Shown: positions 11,152 through 22,651 of the stretch, piece after piece | Position numbering within the stretch: the stretch's first letter is position 1 | Layout: every line of letters starts with the position of its first letter | Assembly: GCA_000934665.2 (NCBI GenBank) | Contig: KZ538101.1 | Coordinates: 1 to 64,000, forward strand | Origin: Catajapyx aquilonaris | Lineage: Eukaryota | DNA length: 64,000 nt | Direction of reading: 5' to 3' | Program-made: the position numbers and the translations under genes | The notes under the pieces: model-generated | What the model saw: the letters and a program-made list of their open reading frames with translations, nothing else | Database searches by the model: none | Told to the model about the DNA's origin: nothing

Positions 11152-14100
11152 GTAAGGACACCGTGCAAAAGGTTGCGTATCGAGTCTAACTTCCACTTCC
11201 TACAGTCCTGAGCCTCTTCAGTGTGACACGCTTTCCTAACAACGAGTGCGTGGGTACCGACAATCGTCATGGGGTGTGTTATACCAGCACTCAGTGCACT
11301 GCATCTGGTGGAAAGTCGGCTGGTCCTTGTGCGAAGGGAATGGGCGTGTGCTGCGTCAGTGAGTATGAAAGGGTGCATTATGGTATAGTATTTCCATCTT
11401 ACCTGACACATTGTAACTCCTGTGGTCTAATGGCAGGGCGTGGGCCTTACGTGGGCCTGAGGTCTGGGTTCGATTCCCAGCAGGGGTTAGGTGCACCTTA
11501 TCACCATCCTTTCCAGAGGCGTGTTTAAGTGTATTTCTCAAACTAACAGTTTATTTTTACAATTTCACAGTCGAGCGCAGTTGCCGAAATGTCACTACCG
11601 ATTTGGTGTCCACTTTTGTCAATCCCAATTACCCTGACAATGACACTCGCAGTAATTTGTGCGATTACCGCATTGATGTCCACGACCAGAATGTCTGTCA
11701 AATAAGGTACAGTGAAGAATTGTGTGCTAGAGCAGTTATGCCAGTGGTAGCTCATATAATATTATTATGAAAAGAGAGTGACAAATTATAAGATCGTAAT
11801 AGAATCATTCATCTTGATTGTACAACACTCAAAGACCCATACAATGGCGGCATAGTCGTGCTAAAACTTGAATTTTAGAACGAAACGAACTCACCATACA
11901 GTGAAAGGTTACGCCAACAGACCATTCCAGAAGTGATCGACTGCCAACGAAGAATTATTCTTATTGTTGTAAGAAAACAAACACAGGCCTATAGTAAGTG
12001 TACGTTTTCACTATTGCGATAGACCAAAATTGGACGAAAAATAGCACCGGAGCTTTATGCTTTTAGGCCTGTTAAACTGGCCTTTATGTGGTGCCTCAAA
12101 ATGGCGAGCTGTTTCATCTGAACCGCGATATAAACCCTCGCCGGTCAAGTCACTTTTTGCAGCATAAGGAAACCCCATTTAAGGTAGAAAAAGATAAATC
12201 GAGCACATGAAAACGTATCTTAACACTTCGCCGGTATGCACAAACCATTTTTGTTCAAAAACAGCTCGTCCGATGAAATTTTATTCGAAAGCATCTCCTC
12301 CGATGCAATATTCATCTCACCTGGCGTACTATCTCCATATTTTTATAAAAAAATTGACGATGATCGAGATGTCATCAGGTCAAAGCTTTGGACCAAGTGT
12401 CGCTTATTTGTATAATTATACAAGAGGTAAATAGGACCAGATGCCTTCTAAATAAAATAGTTCGGCCGAAGTGTTGTGATACCAATATGTATGTCATATT
12501 ACATTACATAAAGAGTAAAATGATACAATCATGATGCTAGGCCATAATTTTTCTTTCGGTCTCTCCTAGTCCGATTATGCTGCTTTTGTGAGTTACTAAT
12601 TTTCCAATCATTCATTGTGCGACTAAAGTCAGTCACAAGTAGAACTCAAATTTTAATTTGCTTCAGCTGCACAGTCATTGTACGGACCATTATAACAACT
12701 TAATTTTAGTGGATGCCCATGTCTAATTTACTTCCTTTTGAAAGGGCTTTCAAAGGGCATGTGCACATGCTCATGTGAAAAATAATTAGCATATTCTTTT
12801 TCGAGTTAATATAGTTTTTTTTCTTACACCAGTTACAAAACCATGTAAGGAGCTTCCACTTTACCAGACTCAACAGGCATTTTCTAGGATTATTACCTGA
12901 TTTTGTTAGTGCATGCTTTGTTAACGATTGCCTGCAATGTATAACCTACTAATATAAAGAGAGTTCGAAAACCAATTCTATGTGACACTTGAACACCTGC
13001 ACACTAGGCTGGATTTTGAGGAATTCTCCTTAGCTGCACCTCGCCAAGATGACCCTGATGCTGGCGACCCTTACGAATGCTTAGATGATACCCTTAAAAT
13101 AACCCCCCCACCTGTCAATGGTCTAGGATTTGAGTCTTGCTGTGGAGATATGGAAGGTCAGCATGGTAAGTACCAGTTGTCAAAGACACGGACATAAATT
13201 TCAGTATATGCAATTTATTGTTTACCCTTTGAAGTACATTATTATGCTTTTCTTGCAGTGTATGTGCCATTGGACACACATTTTGGACCAACATCACTAA
13301 CCATATTTATCACCACGGCTGCACGTTCGTCACGACATGCTTCACTAGTTCCATATCGCTGGCGTGTTCGTGTTACACAAATAAATTGTCGTGATGATCC
13401 TCACAAGGGTGAGGAACATTGTTGGTGGGAAATGAACAACAGCCACACACTACTTCTAAAATTTTTCCAGCTCCTACTGGATGTCTTCAGTATTTCACTG
13501 AGCGTGTGGGATCCTTCTTTACATTTAACTACAATGGTGGAGAGGGACCCTACCCTTCAAACCTGGACTATGCTGTTTGCATTCGCCGTTTGCCTGAGAC
13601 ATGTAGTGTGGCCTTCCGTGCTGACACTTTCTCAATGGAGGTTGTATGTAGGAGATAATGTCATTACATCACACCACTGATAAATATTTCTTCCTTGTAG
13701 ACAGCGTTGACTGTAGAGAGGGATGCCAATGAAACTGTTTCTGCATTTGGTAGTGAGCAATGTGACCATCCCAGTTCCAGCCAGGACTACTTGAGAATTG
13801 CTGAGGGCCAGTTTCAGCTTGGGGGTGCCACGGAGTCTAAGTTCTGTGGTGGTACCCTGGGCAATGAAAACAACGAGATTATTAGTAAGTGCACAGTGAA
13901 GATATTTGCTATGCATGATAATAATCAACCTTCAAGGACGAGATAATTAAATTGTAAAATACTACTCGTTCCATGTCACGTCCATTTCAGTTAGATTTTT
14001 TTTTGCACTAATCTGCATATTATTAAATAGTTACTATCAACATCCACTTTAAGTTGTCACAAATATTAGCTGCTAACATTAGGTGTAATGTGGATATGTT

Positions 14101-15293
14101 TTAAATGAACTGTAGTGGGATCGAACATTCAGTAAAATGGTTGAAATAGTCAATGGGCAAAATATATCACTGCAATGCCTGTGGCTTGGAAATTCATCCC
14201 AATTCAGGGTCTGACCTTCCGCCTGTTCTTACTGCCACGTCTCAACATAAACGTTAAAATTTCGGACGAATTGCCATGCCGTGCATTTGACGCAATAAGG
14301 TACTTATCACAACTTGGCAACCTTGCGTCTTCGTGTCTTATCACCGTAAGTTAATCATGTTTGGCTTGAGGAGGTGGGTGGTACTGATACTTGTTATACA
14401 GCTGTTTGTCAGCATTGCCTCTTAATCCCAAACAGGCTATACTGTACACTGGTGTTCCAATTTGAAATGTCCATATTAGTTAACGATATTTCACACTAAG
14501 CTACTTATTTTAAAACAATATCTCTGAAGTAGCTTCATTTAGATGTACGATCCGGTCTGTTCCAGGTTTGTAATGTACCAGTAGTGTTTTTATCACTGTT
14601 GTGATACTGATAACACCCTCATAAAAATGACATCACTTACCCACAATGAACAGACTCGTCTATAATATTATGCTGCTCAACCATCATGTATTCGTTCTAG
14701 ATAATATTGTACTGAATGTTTACTTCCACCTTGAGGGCAAATAGGTTTGAGCAGTGTGGCTACAGTGGACGGCCATAATCGCTAGCCTTCACGTGCCTAC
14801 CTCCCCTTAAGTGGGAAATCGGCGAGTCCGTGATGTTTCGCAATTTTACAAGGGACGGCTATAATATTATGAAGGGTGCCAATACAGGGCGTTCCAAATA
14901 TTGGGGTCTTTTTAGTTATCGGAAGTTTCGGCCGAATGTTATTTTTTGTGCAGCTTTTTGCGCTCCTATCGAGGTGCCCAATTATTTCCATATGGTCGAA
15001 TATAGCAGCTGGTGATATAATGGGAATAATTGGACACCTCGATCGGGGCGCAAAAAGCTGCACAGAAAATAACATTCGGGCGAAACTTCCGATAACTAAC
15101 CTACACTTTAAAAACCAGTACTAGCCAGAAATAAAACGATAAATCGTCAATTTCTCATACTCCAGGTGCAGCCAAGGGTCCGATTGTAGTCGGATTCCAC
15201 TCTGACGGTACCGCACGCGACAGCAGCAATCAAGCAATCATGGAACGAGGTTTCCGCATCAACTTCGAGCAACTATCTGGTTGCTCCGATTAA
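11073..15293 (+). CDS. Secreted arthropod-type CUB-domain protein, 8 exons, 386 aa: join(11073-11151,11206-11358,11571-11706,13008-13165,13259-13408,13471-13643,13701-13884,15166-15293)
   Basis: Manual splicing gives 1161 nt in one frame with all GT..AG introns and matching phases. Hydrophobic N-terminus MSLTTVVLLATCLA; family-typical motifs FLSLFSVTRFPNNEC..GVCYT..C...GG...GPCAKGMGVCC, FVNPNYP, VCQIRLDFEEFSL, CGDMEGQHVY, WRVRVTQINC, APTGCLQYF, NLDYAVCIRR, KFCGGTL, GPIVVGFHSD..RGFRINFEQ..C. Confidence 0.92.
11206..11358 (+). CDS. CUB-domain gene exon 2 (Cys-rich N-terminal module)
   Basis: Acceptor cctacag; LSLFSVTRFPNNEC...CAKGMGVCCV; donor GTGAGT. Confidence 0.92.
11416..11488 (+). pseudogene. 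Degenerate tRNA-like element in CUB intron 2
   Basis: ACTCCTG..CAGGGGT acceptor stem, A box TGGTCTAATGG, perfect T arm CTGGG-TTCGATT-CCCAG; enlarged 9-nt anticodon loop. Confidence 0.65.
11571..11706 (+). CDS. CUB-domain gene exon 3
   Basis: Acceptor tttcacag with CTAAC upstream; ERSCRNVTTDLVSTFVNPNYP...VCQIR; donor GTACAG. Absent from the ORF track on this strand. Confidence 0.9.
12224..12473. mobile_element. Degenerate piggyBac-like MITE in CUB intron 3
   Basis: TTAA-CACTTCGCCG ... CGGCCGAAGTG-TTGT; short inverted termini, right TTAA decayed. Confidence 0.4.
13008..13165 (+). CDS. CUB-domain gene exon 4
   Basis: LDFEEFSLAAP...CCGDMEGQH; donor GTAAGT. Confidence 0.9.
13259..13408 (+). CDS. 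CUB-domain gene exon 5
   Basis: Acceptor ttttcttgcag; YVPLD...WRVRVTQINCRDDPHK; donor GTGAGG. Confidence 0.9.
13471..13643 (+). CDS. CUB-domain gene exon 6
   Basis: Acceptor tttttccag; APTGCLQYF...LDYAVCIRR...FSMEV; donor GTATGT at 13644 (alternative in-frame GT at 13641). Confidence 0.88.
13701..13884 (+). CDS. CUB-domain gene exon 7
   Basis: Acceptor ttccttgtag; ...QDYLRI...KFCGGTLG...; donor GTAAGT. Confidence 0.9.
14885..15099. mobile_element. Palindromic MITE related to family C, right terminus lost (CUB intron 7)
   Basis: TA-CAGGGCGTTCC start; arms 14912-14990 and 15020-15099 inverted; centre ggtcgaatatagcag shared with family C. Confidence 0.75.
15166..15293 (+). CDS. CUB-domain gene exon 8 (terminal)
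   Basis: Acceptor catactccag; AAKGPIVVGFHSD...RGFRINFEQLSGCSD then TAA. Absent from the ORF track. Confidence 0.9.
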
Positions 15294-15357
15294 AAAGTTG
15301 CCCCCATTTTTGTTTCTATAAAAAAGTAGTCTAGCTTCTAGTATGGAGTATGCTCCC

Positions 15358-15363
15358 AATAAA
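15358..15363 (+). terminator. Candidate polyadenylation signal of the CUB gene
   Basis: First AATAAA after the stop codon, 65 nt downstream. Confidence 0.5.
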
Positions 15364-17934
15364 ACAGCGTTTTAGGTAAAACTTTCTTTTCCCTGAAGCA
15401 ACAAAAAGGTGACTCTCCAGGGAACACCATCTGATTAGGTAAGGTTTGCCCCCCCGCTCTACTGCAGTGCTGCCACCTGGCCTGGAGAAAATGGCCATCG
15501 ATTGGCAAGGTGGCGGACAGTCTGTTCTCTGCCGATCCTGCCTCCCCTCTAAATAATGCAGGCTTCCCTCCCCACACCATCACCATACTCCATCCCCCTA
15601 CTCTCTCCCTCTCTGCCACCAGTCAATAGCTCAGCAAGAGGGCTTGTGGTTGAAGAGATCCCTAGCAAAAGAGAACCACAATCCTACAGCCTCCCATACC
15701 AAGAAATAAAAAAAAGGTCATTGGGGTCAAGGTAATATCCTTCCCTCGACCCTGAAACTTACTATTGATTTCAGAATAGTACCTCTTCTGCTGGGGGTCC
15801 ACACCGCAGATTCCCCCTGAAAGGTGGAGTGGCATCAGGCGGCAAAGGAAAGGCGTTGGAAAGGCCCGGGATATTTCCGGAGCAGCCCGTTGAGCAATCG
15901 ATCCCCCTAGCGCCATCCTCCATCTCTGGCTCCCTCCCTTGCCCTTCCCTTTTCTCCCTGCCACGCAATTACCCGTCCACGGCAGGCCTTCGTCGTTGCT
16001 GCTGCTGCTCCTAGAAAGGTCGCCTGCACCCACGACCCCTGGCACAATCCTCAGGCTCGTGGGAGCAGAAAATTAGCACCTTACAACTAAACTTGCCTGT
16101 GGCACGTGCTTACACGTAACAGCTGCGCTTTTACATATATATAAACTACATATAGGTGCTGTCGCAAGAGCGATTTTCCCATCCCCCTTTTCAGAGGGCC
16201 ATATAAAGCTCTTAATTGGCTTAACTGTAAGGATATACTAAGCTCGGGTGATTACAGTGCCGTCACATGACAGCTATGCTACATAGACGCGACATTATAA
16301 CCTATTCTTCCGGAGCGTTCCTTTCAATTTTCGCTGTACAGTATTTCCTAGGTCAGGGAAGGTCGACTGAACTCTTACAATCCCGCAAAGAAAACATCCG
16401 TAGATCAGTGGCTTTCAATGGATGTTTCTCGGAATTTCTACGCTCGGCCGAGTCGATATTCCACGTAGCTTCTCGGAAAAAGGCTATTTTTGAGGTTGTA
16501 TTAAAGGGGCGTGCTTTTGAGATGGTATTATAAACAAGCTTCTCCCATTCAGAAAGGCTTAACTCGGCGACGTGGCGACGTGTGTAATTACAACCATAAA
16601 GGCATATTGCTTATGAATACACTGTAACACATTGCGGAGATGTGCTTAAATCGAACCTTTAAGAGCCTACCACTCTTACTCCTACACACATAAGTGACTT
16701 GATATGCCATTACTCTATTGCTGTACCAGCAGTCTGAAAAGAGGGTCAACAAAAAAATTGACCTCGGGAAGGTCCTCGACCGACTTCGTATAGCAAGTGG
16801 AAACGGTGCAGATTTAAGATCTTACATGCGTGTAAAAATACGTCGCAGGCCTACAGTCTGAAAATATTTTTGCCATTTGGATGACTCTGCGACATGAGAT
16901 GACATGTAAACACCGGTGTTGGCAGAATTGAAAGCAAAAGACGGAGCAACTGGGGCGACTCATAAATTAACGCGCCCCGCCATTTTTTCGCTACTCTCCC
17001 ACGTTGCTCCGTCATCGCAGAAATTTTCACCAACAGAGTTACGCATATAAAGTGATAATCAAAATTCGATTAAAGCCAAAATGCTGTCTAACATACACAG
17101 GCCGGATCTCAGGGAAAATATTATCCGAAAGAACCGGCCTGTGTTTATACAGTCGGGACTCAAGGCCAACTCTGGGCTCGAAAACAACAGTCTCTGATGG
17201 CCAGGTCTATACGCTGCCCGGTACGTTGTGAAATAAACTTATGTCAACACAACCGGGTGTTTCATCATATTCGGATTTAGAAATAGCCACTGATATTACG
17301 GAAGTCGATGCAGTAGAGCAATATTAATTTCTACAGTACAACAACCCGACCTGCACCGCGTAACTGTCACACACAAAATACAGCATCTGTACAATCCCCC
17401 CTCCCCTCCCCATGTGCCACTATTACATGGTTTATTCGACTACAATGAAGTTATTTCTGACCCTACCTCTCTTTCTACCAGATAGGGACCCCTGATAATA
17501 CCACCCGTGCAATATCTCTAAAAAGTTTAGATAATAGAATATTATCAGGGGTGGATATGTATACCTCCGGCTAGCCCGACCGGAGCGGCTCAGCTTGGCT
17601 GGTTGGTGGGATGGATGGAATGGGACACAAAAATATGGTCCGGGTCCTCTAACCAAGGTCAACTCCGATTTGAAAACAACCCCCCACCTTAGCCCGCAAA
17701 CCCAGTGACCCCGTCACCCAGCCCACCCACCCCGCCCGCGAGCCTTCCGGTGGGGGTAGCAACAGCTGAAGAAAGGGCAATACCCTTTTTGCTCAATTCC
17801 TTTTCATAAAAAGAAAACCAGTCCCCCGAATATGTTCCCCTCCCGACCCTGAAGACACCCCTCCTATGCCCGCCCTGCTTTTCTTCTGGCGCCTGTCGCT
17901 GTTGCCACCCTCCCATCATCCCTCGCCGGGCGGA

Positions 17935-18013
17935 TTCCTCACAAGCCCTTATCAGTTCTCCGTCCAGTTGTAAAATGGACACCGGACAGGCGAATGATAA
18001 GGAAACGTGAGAA
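17935..18013 (-). ncRNA. mir-184: microRNA-184 precursor hairpin; mature 3p 17945-17966, 5p arm ~17981-18002
   Basis: Reverse complement of 17945-17966 is TGGACGGAGAACTGATAAGGGC, the invertebrate mature miR-184. It pairs with 5p arm CCTTATCATTCGCCTGTCCGGT across a short loop; basal stem ctcac/gtgag. Confidence 0.97.
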
Positions 18014-20455
18014 ATTGGGCGAAACGGTGCCTCACTGGCACGCCCGCCCTCCCCCTCCCGTCCCATCGCCCCCATACGTGTTACCGGCTGGTGTGGGTGC
18101 CTCCGGTCAGCTCCTGGACCAAGATGGCTGCGTGCAGAGGCAGGCTGGTAGGGGGCGGCCAACAGCAGGGGCTTCCTTCATCGCCTGCAAGAAAAGAGGG
18201 CCATCCCTGCCAGCTCCAAATTAAACTTGTTCGTCATTTCCCCTCCCCCCCTCTCTCCACCCCATCCCCGCCTAGTATTGATCCGCGATCGGACAACAAT
18301 GCTCAGCAGCCCTGGCGGGATATGACGGCACACTCCTTGCATCTGGCTGCAATTCGATCAATAGTCAGAGTAGCGGTCTCCTCCTCTCTCCTTCGCCGCT
18401 TTGACTCAAAGCACCCTGATGTGTGGGTGGGGGAGTATCAGACGATACATGGCCAACACCTCATCAATGCATCGGAGCGCTGCTATCTGCATAACCGCTG
18501 CCATTCCAATCAACCTCCCCCTCCCGCCACTCCAGGGCTATTAATACCCCTATTCTGCAAGTGGTTGTTCAAGCACTTCCACAATAAACTGCCCATGTGT
18601 AAATATTTATAGGAGGGATGGAACCGGGGGGGTGGGTGTAGTTGACAGGTACGGGAGCCGCGCTTATCTCGCTCCACATAGTCCGGACCCATCATTTCCC
18701 ACCCCACCAACGCATCGGCCCTATCAGCACTTCACAGACACAATGATATGGGGTGGGTGGGTGGCAAGCGCGGGAGGGTGCGGCGCACAATATAAACAAG
18801 GTTGCGGCCATGGGAAGTGGACCTAGGTCGAAAGCCTTCACCCTGGCTCGTTCTGTGCCAGACAAGCCCGAAATAACCTCGCATAAATACCTTGGGCTCT
18901 CCCTCCCTGTCTGCCTGCCTGGTATAGCCTTCCCCCTGCAGCCACACCATTACCCAAGTGGACATTGAAGAGGACCGCCAATGGCTGCAAATTAATTGCC
19001 CGGGTCCAATTAGAGATGGATATTGCAAAGCTGTCTCCGGGCATTCCCCACAATGCCGATCCGAAGGGAGGAGTGTGGAAAATGGCGGTTTTTTGGAGTC
19101 GACACCGTCCTATTAGGCTAATGAAAATGACCGCGTGCGCTACTTGCAAGTGCCACGTATGAAATGAATACAGCATGGGAGGGAGTCCCTGACCTGAAGG
19201 GAGGGGGTGATAATGCGTGATTGGGACTGGGGGGGTGGGGGGTGCNGCCCTCTTTAGCTTCAGCATGAAGTGGTGGGGCTAATCGAAGAAGGAAGGAAAC
19301 GCCAACAGCAGGAAGAGAGCGGGAGGAGGAGGAGGAGGAGGGACTGGTGGGGTGAGAGAGCTGGAAGGGCAGATGTTGGTGTCACGAGGTTGCCACCTTC
19401 CTTCATCTGCATGTGTCCCCAATGTTCCGCGCAGCTCCTTCCTTGTTGGGGGCAGACAGTCGGATGGCGGGGGAGGACTGTTACCTTGGTCCAGAGCTTT
19501 TGCTTGGTTAGAGCAGCCATGGGATGGAGGAAGGGGGAGCAGAAGGGGGATGAAATGGGATGGCATGGGATGGGCAGGGTTGCCGGATAGTCGATAGCGG
19601 GGTCGACAGCTGCAGCTGCGTGAGCTTCCACGGGACGCGCCCACTCTTTGCCAAGAGGGGAGGAGGAGGAGGAGGAGGACACCAAAGGATACGTGACTCA
19701 TGCGGGTCATGAGAGCAGATGCGGCAGAAATGGCTTTGGATGAATTAGTCTACTGTCGCGCCGTTCAAGAGTCAGTCGCCCCCCACCCTCCTGGCCGCCC
19801 CCATCCCCCACCCCCAAAAAGTGGTGAGACACGCGGCAGATGGAGGTCCCTGACAGCATGGACCCTCTCTTTCTAACTAACACCCAGATGCTCGCAGGCC
19901 TACAAACATACAGAACTTCCAGAGCCTGGCTGTGACAGCAAGCATGTCCTTGGCCGCAGGAAGTGCCTGATGGGCCCTTCATTGGGCGCAATGAAGACTC
20001 CTCTCCCCTAAATCTGGGCGCATACAAGAAGGGAGCAACCGGTCTACCCAACAATAGAACCCAAACGGTTTTGACAACCGGAGAACTGGTTTCCCCTACT
20101 GGGAGGAAATCTGCTCCTGCCGGTTACGGAACACCTCGCACCTTTCCCACCTACGTGTTGCCTAGCGGCAGGCGCAGAGTAAATAAAGGCCCCCAGGCTA
20201 TTCCGATTCCCATTCAACATACCGTGCAGTGTATGCCTCCGCTTGGAGCCTGTTTGCGTGCAGCCGGCTCTCGTTCGATGTCTGGGGTACGGTGGCCACA
20301 ACTGGAAAATAAGAGAGGAACGAGCACACCAATGAAACCCCCAAGCCATCGGGCATGGTAGCCTGATAGCCCCTTTCCCACCATCAACAGCGAAAAGGAA
20401 GAGGCTTGGGAAGGGCATGGGGGAGACCTGATTGTGTCGAGTCTAGTAATGGCAG

Positions 20456-20528
20456 TGCCCCCGCCGGGACTCGAACCCGGATCTCGGGCCTGGGGAGCCC
20501 GCGTCTTGTCCAGTTGGACCACGGGGGC
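20456..20528 (-). tRNA. Atypical tRNA or tRNA-like gene, anticodon CCC (nominal Gly), C33
   Basis: 73 nt: GCCCCCG TG GTC CAACTGGACAA GAC G CGGGC TCCCCAG GCCCG AGAT CCGGG TTCGAGT CCCGG CGGGGGC A. All stems Watson-Crick; A and B boxes intact; first T4 run about 60 nt downstream. Confidence 0.7.
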
Positions 20529-21822
20529 GCTCGTGTGTCAGGGCGACGGGTGGGTGGAATTCAAGCCTGCTCTTCCATCATCTTCGCTGTCCCACCCAGC
20601 TAATCAAAAAGGCAAGCAACGAAAGGATGCTCTGTACTTACGCAGTTTCAGCCGGCGTGTGTCGCACCGCAGGAGCTGGCTGGCCTCGCATCTCCGGGCC
20701 TGCAATCCATAATGAGCATTAAAGTGACATTATGGGCTGGCTGGCTGTGTGCGCGACCTTTGCTTCGTCGATAGGCACGTCCGATAGGGAATGTGGAGAA
20801 GGTTTATCAGTGGTGACGACATGCTAGGAAAGGAAAGGGCACACCGGAGTATGGAAGTGAATAGGGCTCACCGACGGTGCGGAGCGGATGCCGATCCTCG
20901 CTCCCGTCGGTCCAGACCGACAATGTTGCACTGTGGCCAAAAAATGCCAAGTCACCCTCTCGACCCTGCGGCGACCCCTCCCCTAGCCCCTCCCTCCCTC
21001 CCTCCTACCCTCCCCACCCCCGACCCTGGAGGGAGCCCCCAAGAGAACGTCGCTCCCACCCGGAGTCTGAGCACTTGTAGTCCCGGACACCCTGTAGCAA
21101 AGTTTCATGAGGGTATGGGGGGTGGCAGAGCGCTGCGCAGGGGGAAGTGCGCCCGGCACAGACACCGCCTCCCTTCCCGCCTCCCCCTGAACCCCACCCC
21201 AACCCATCCCACTCCCACACCCACATCCACCGCCCATACCCTCCCCCCACCACACCCCCCCGTGCATGTCCCACCAAATTCCAAGGCTCACTTTTTTCCT
21301 TTACTCCCTCCCCCTACTCCCTCCCTCCCCCGCCACCATCGCTCCTCAATCAGGATGAAAAATGCTAAGGAGGAGAAAGAAACATACACACCCACCCACA
21401 CACGCACGCACGCACGCCAGTGTACCACTCGGCCGTGTGCTGCAGTTTACGATACCACACACTACAAACACAGACAACGCACATTGAAGTGTACCTTTTC
21501 CGTACAGTCAGTCAGTGCAGGGAAGCTCACTTATTCGCACAGCCCGCCCTCACAGCGCGCCGAAGACACCGAGCCAGCAGTCCTTCCCTGCTTGGGCCGC
21601 TGCCAGTGCTGCAGTGACTGCAGTCTGCAGTGGCCGGCTACCACCACCTGACCCGTGCAAATGGCGGACGTGCTTATCGATTGGACTCGCCTCGCCACGC
21701 ACAGTTGCCAAATGGCAAGCAAATGCACAACCGCGCGCCTTTTCAATTTATTCATACCCCCCTCCCCCCACCCGCCCTCCCTAACTACCTACCTACCAGG
21801 GGAGAGGGGGGGTCCATCTACT

Positions 21823-21837
21823 CTAGTAGATGGCGCT
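21823..21837 (+). promoter_or_regulatory. CTCF-like motif
   Basis: CTAGTAGATGGCGCT, one mismatch to the CCASYAGRKGGCRS core, inside the largest GC island. Confidence 0.45.
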
Positions 21838-22590
21838 GAAACCCCCACTTCCGGCCGCGTCATATCCCGCCACCCACCCTGCTCACAAGCCAAAGCAGAC
21901 AGTCGGCCACGGCCTGCCTTCCTCCCTTTTATATCCCAAGCGCGAGAATGAGCCGTGTCGCCATAGCAACCACCACGATTATCATGCGGTGCTTACGCTT
22001 ATCCCCCTCCTTCCCCCACCCTATTCGCCCCCCCTTTGCCAAGCAAGGTTGCCAAATGGAACCTGATTTGGCAACGTGGTCGCCATGGCAACATCCTCAT
22101 TAGAAGACGTGGAGTAGGAGGACAGGGCCCAAGAAGAGATGACTACTATCTCCACGGGCCATACCATCCTTCCTCACTTCCTCCACCTACTTCTGCTCCA
22201 ATTTTGAGGGGCAGGTCTGCAGGGAGGGAGGATAGTGGGTGGTAGGGAGGCCCGGCAACACCCCATCTCATTCCTTTTGTGCAGCCAGCCTCCCCATGCA
22301 ACATTGAGGAGGACAGGGGCGCTGCCTAATGCCCGCCCGCCATCATGCTGGCCATTCCCATTCATTTCATGCGTGATCAGATGTCGCAATTGAGCTTCCT
22401 CCTCCCCCTTACCTCCGAATAAAAGTGATCCTCCCCCGGAATCAAGTGCAAGTTTCATGAGATGGCGACGGCCACCAGGAGTTGTGTGCGCGGCCCAACA
22501 TCCCCCCCGCCTCCCCCCAGCAGATGGGCCGACCAACAGGTCACGGGATACATACAACTGCAGTTACAAAGAGAGAAGAAAGGGGGGGGG

Positions 22591-22651
22591 NNNNNNNNNN
22601 NNNNNNNNNNNNNNNNNNNNNNNNNNNNNNNNNNNNNNNNNNNNNNNNNNN
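22591..22651. other. Assembly gap
   Basis: N run between poly-G tracts. Confidence 0.99.

Noticed and set aside
15973..15979. miR-184 7mer-A1 site (CCGTCCA) downstream of the CUB gene
   Set aside because: About 600 nt beyond the first AATAAA, probably outside the 3' UTR; expected by chance.
20791..21651. Longest ORF (286 aa, Pro/His/Thr-rich)
   Set aside because: Product of C-rich low-complexity DNA; no recognisable domain.
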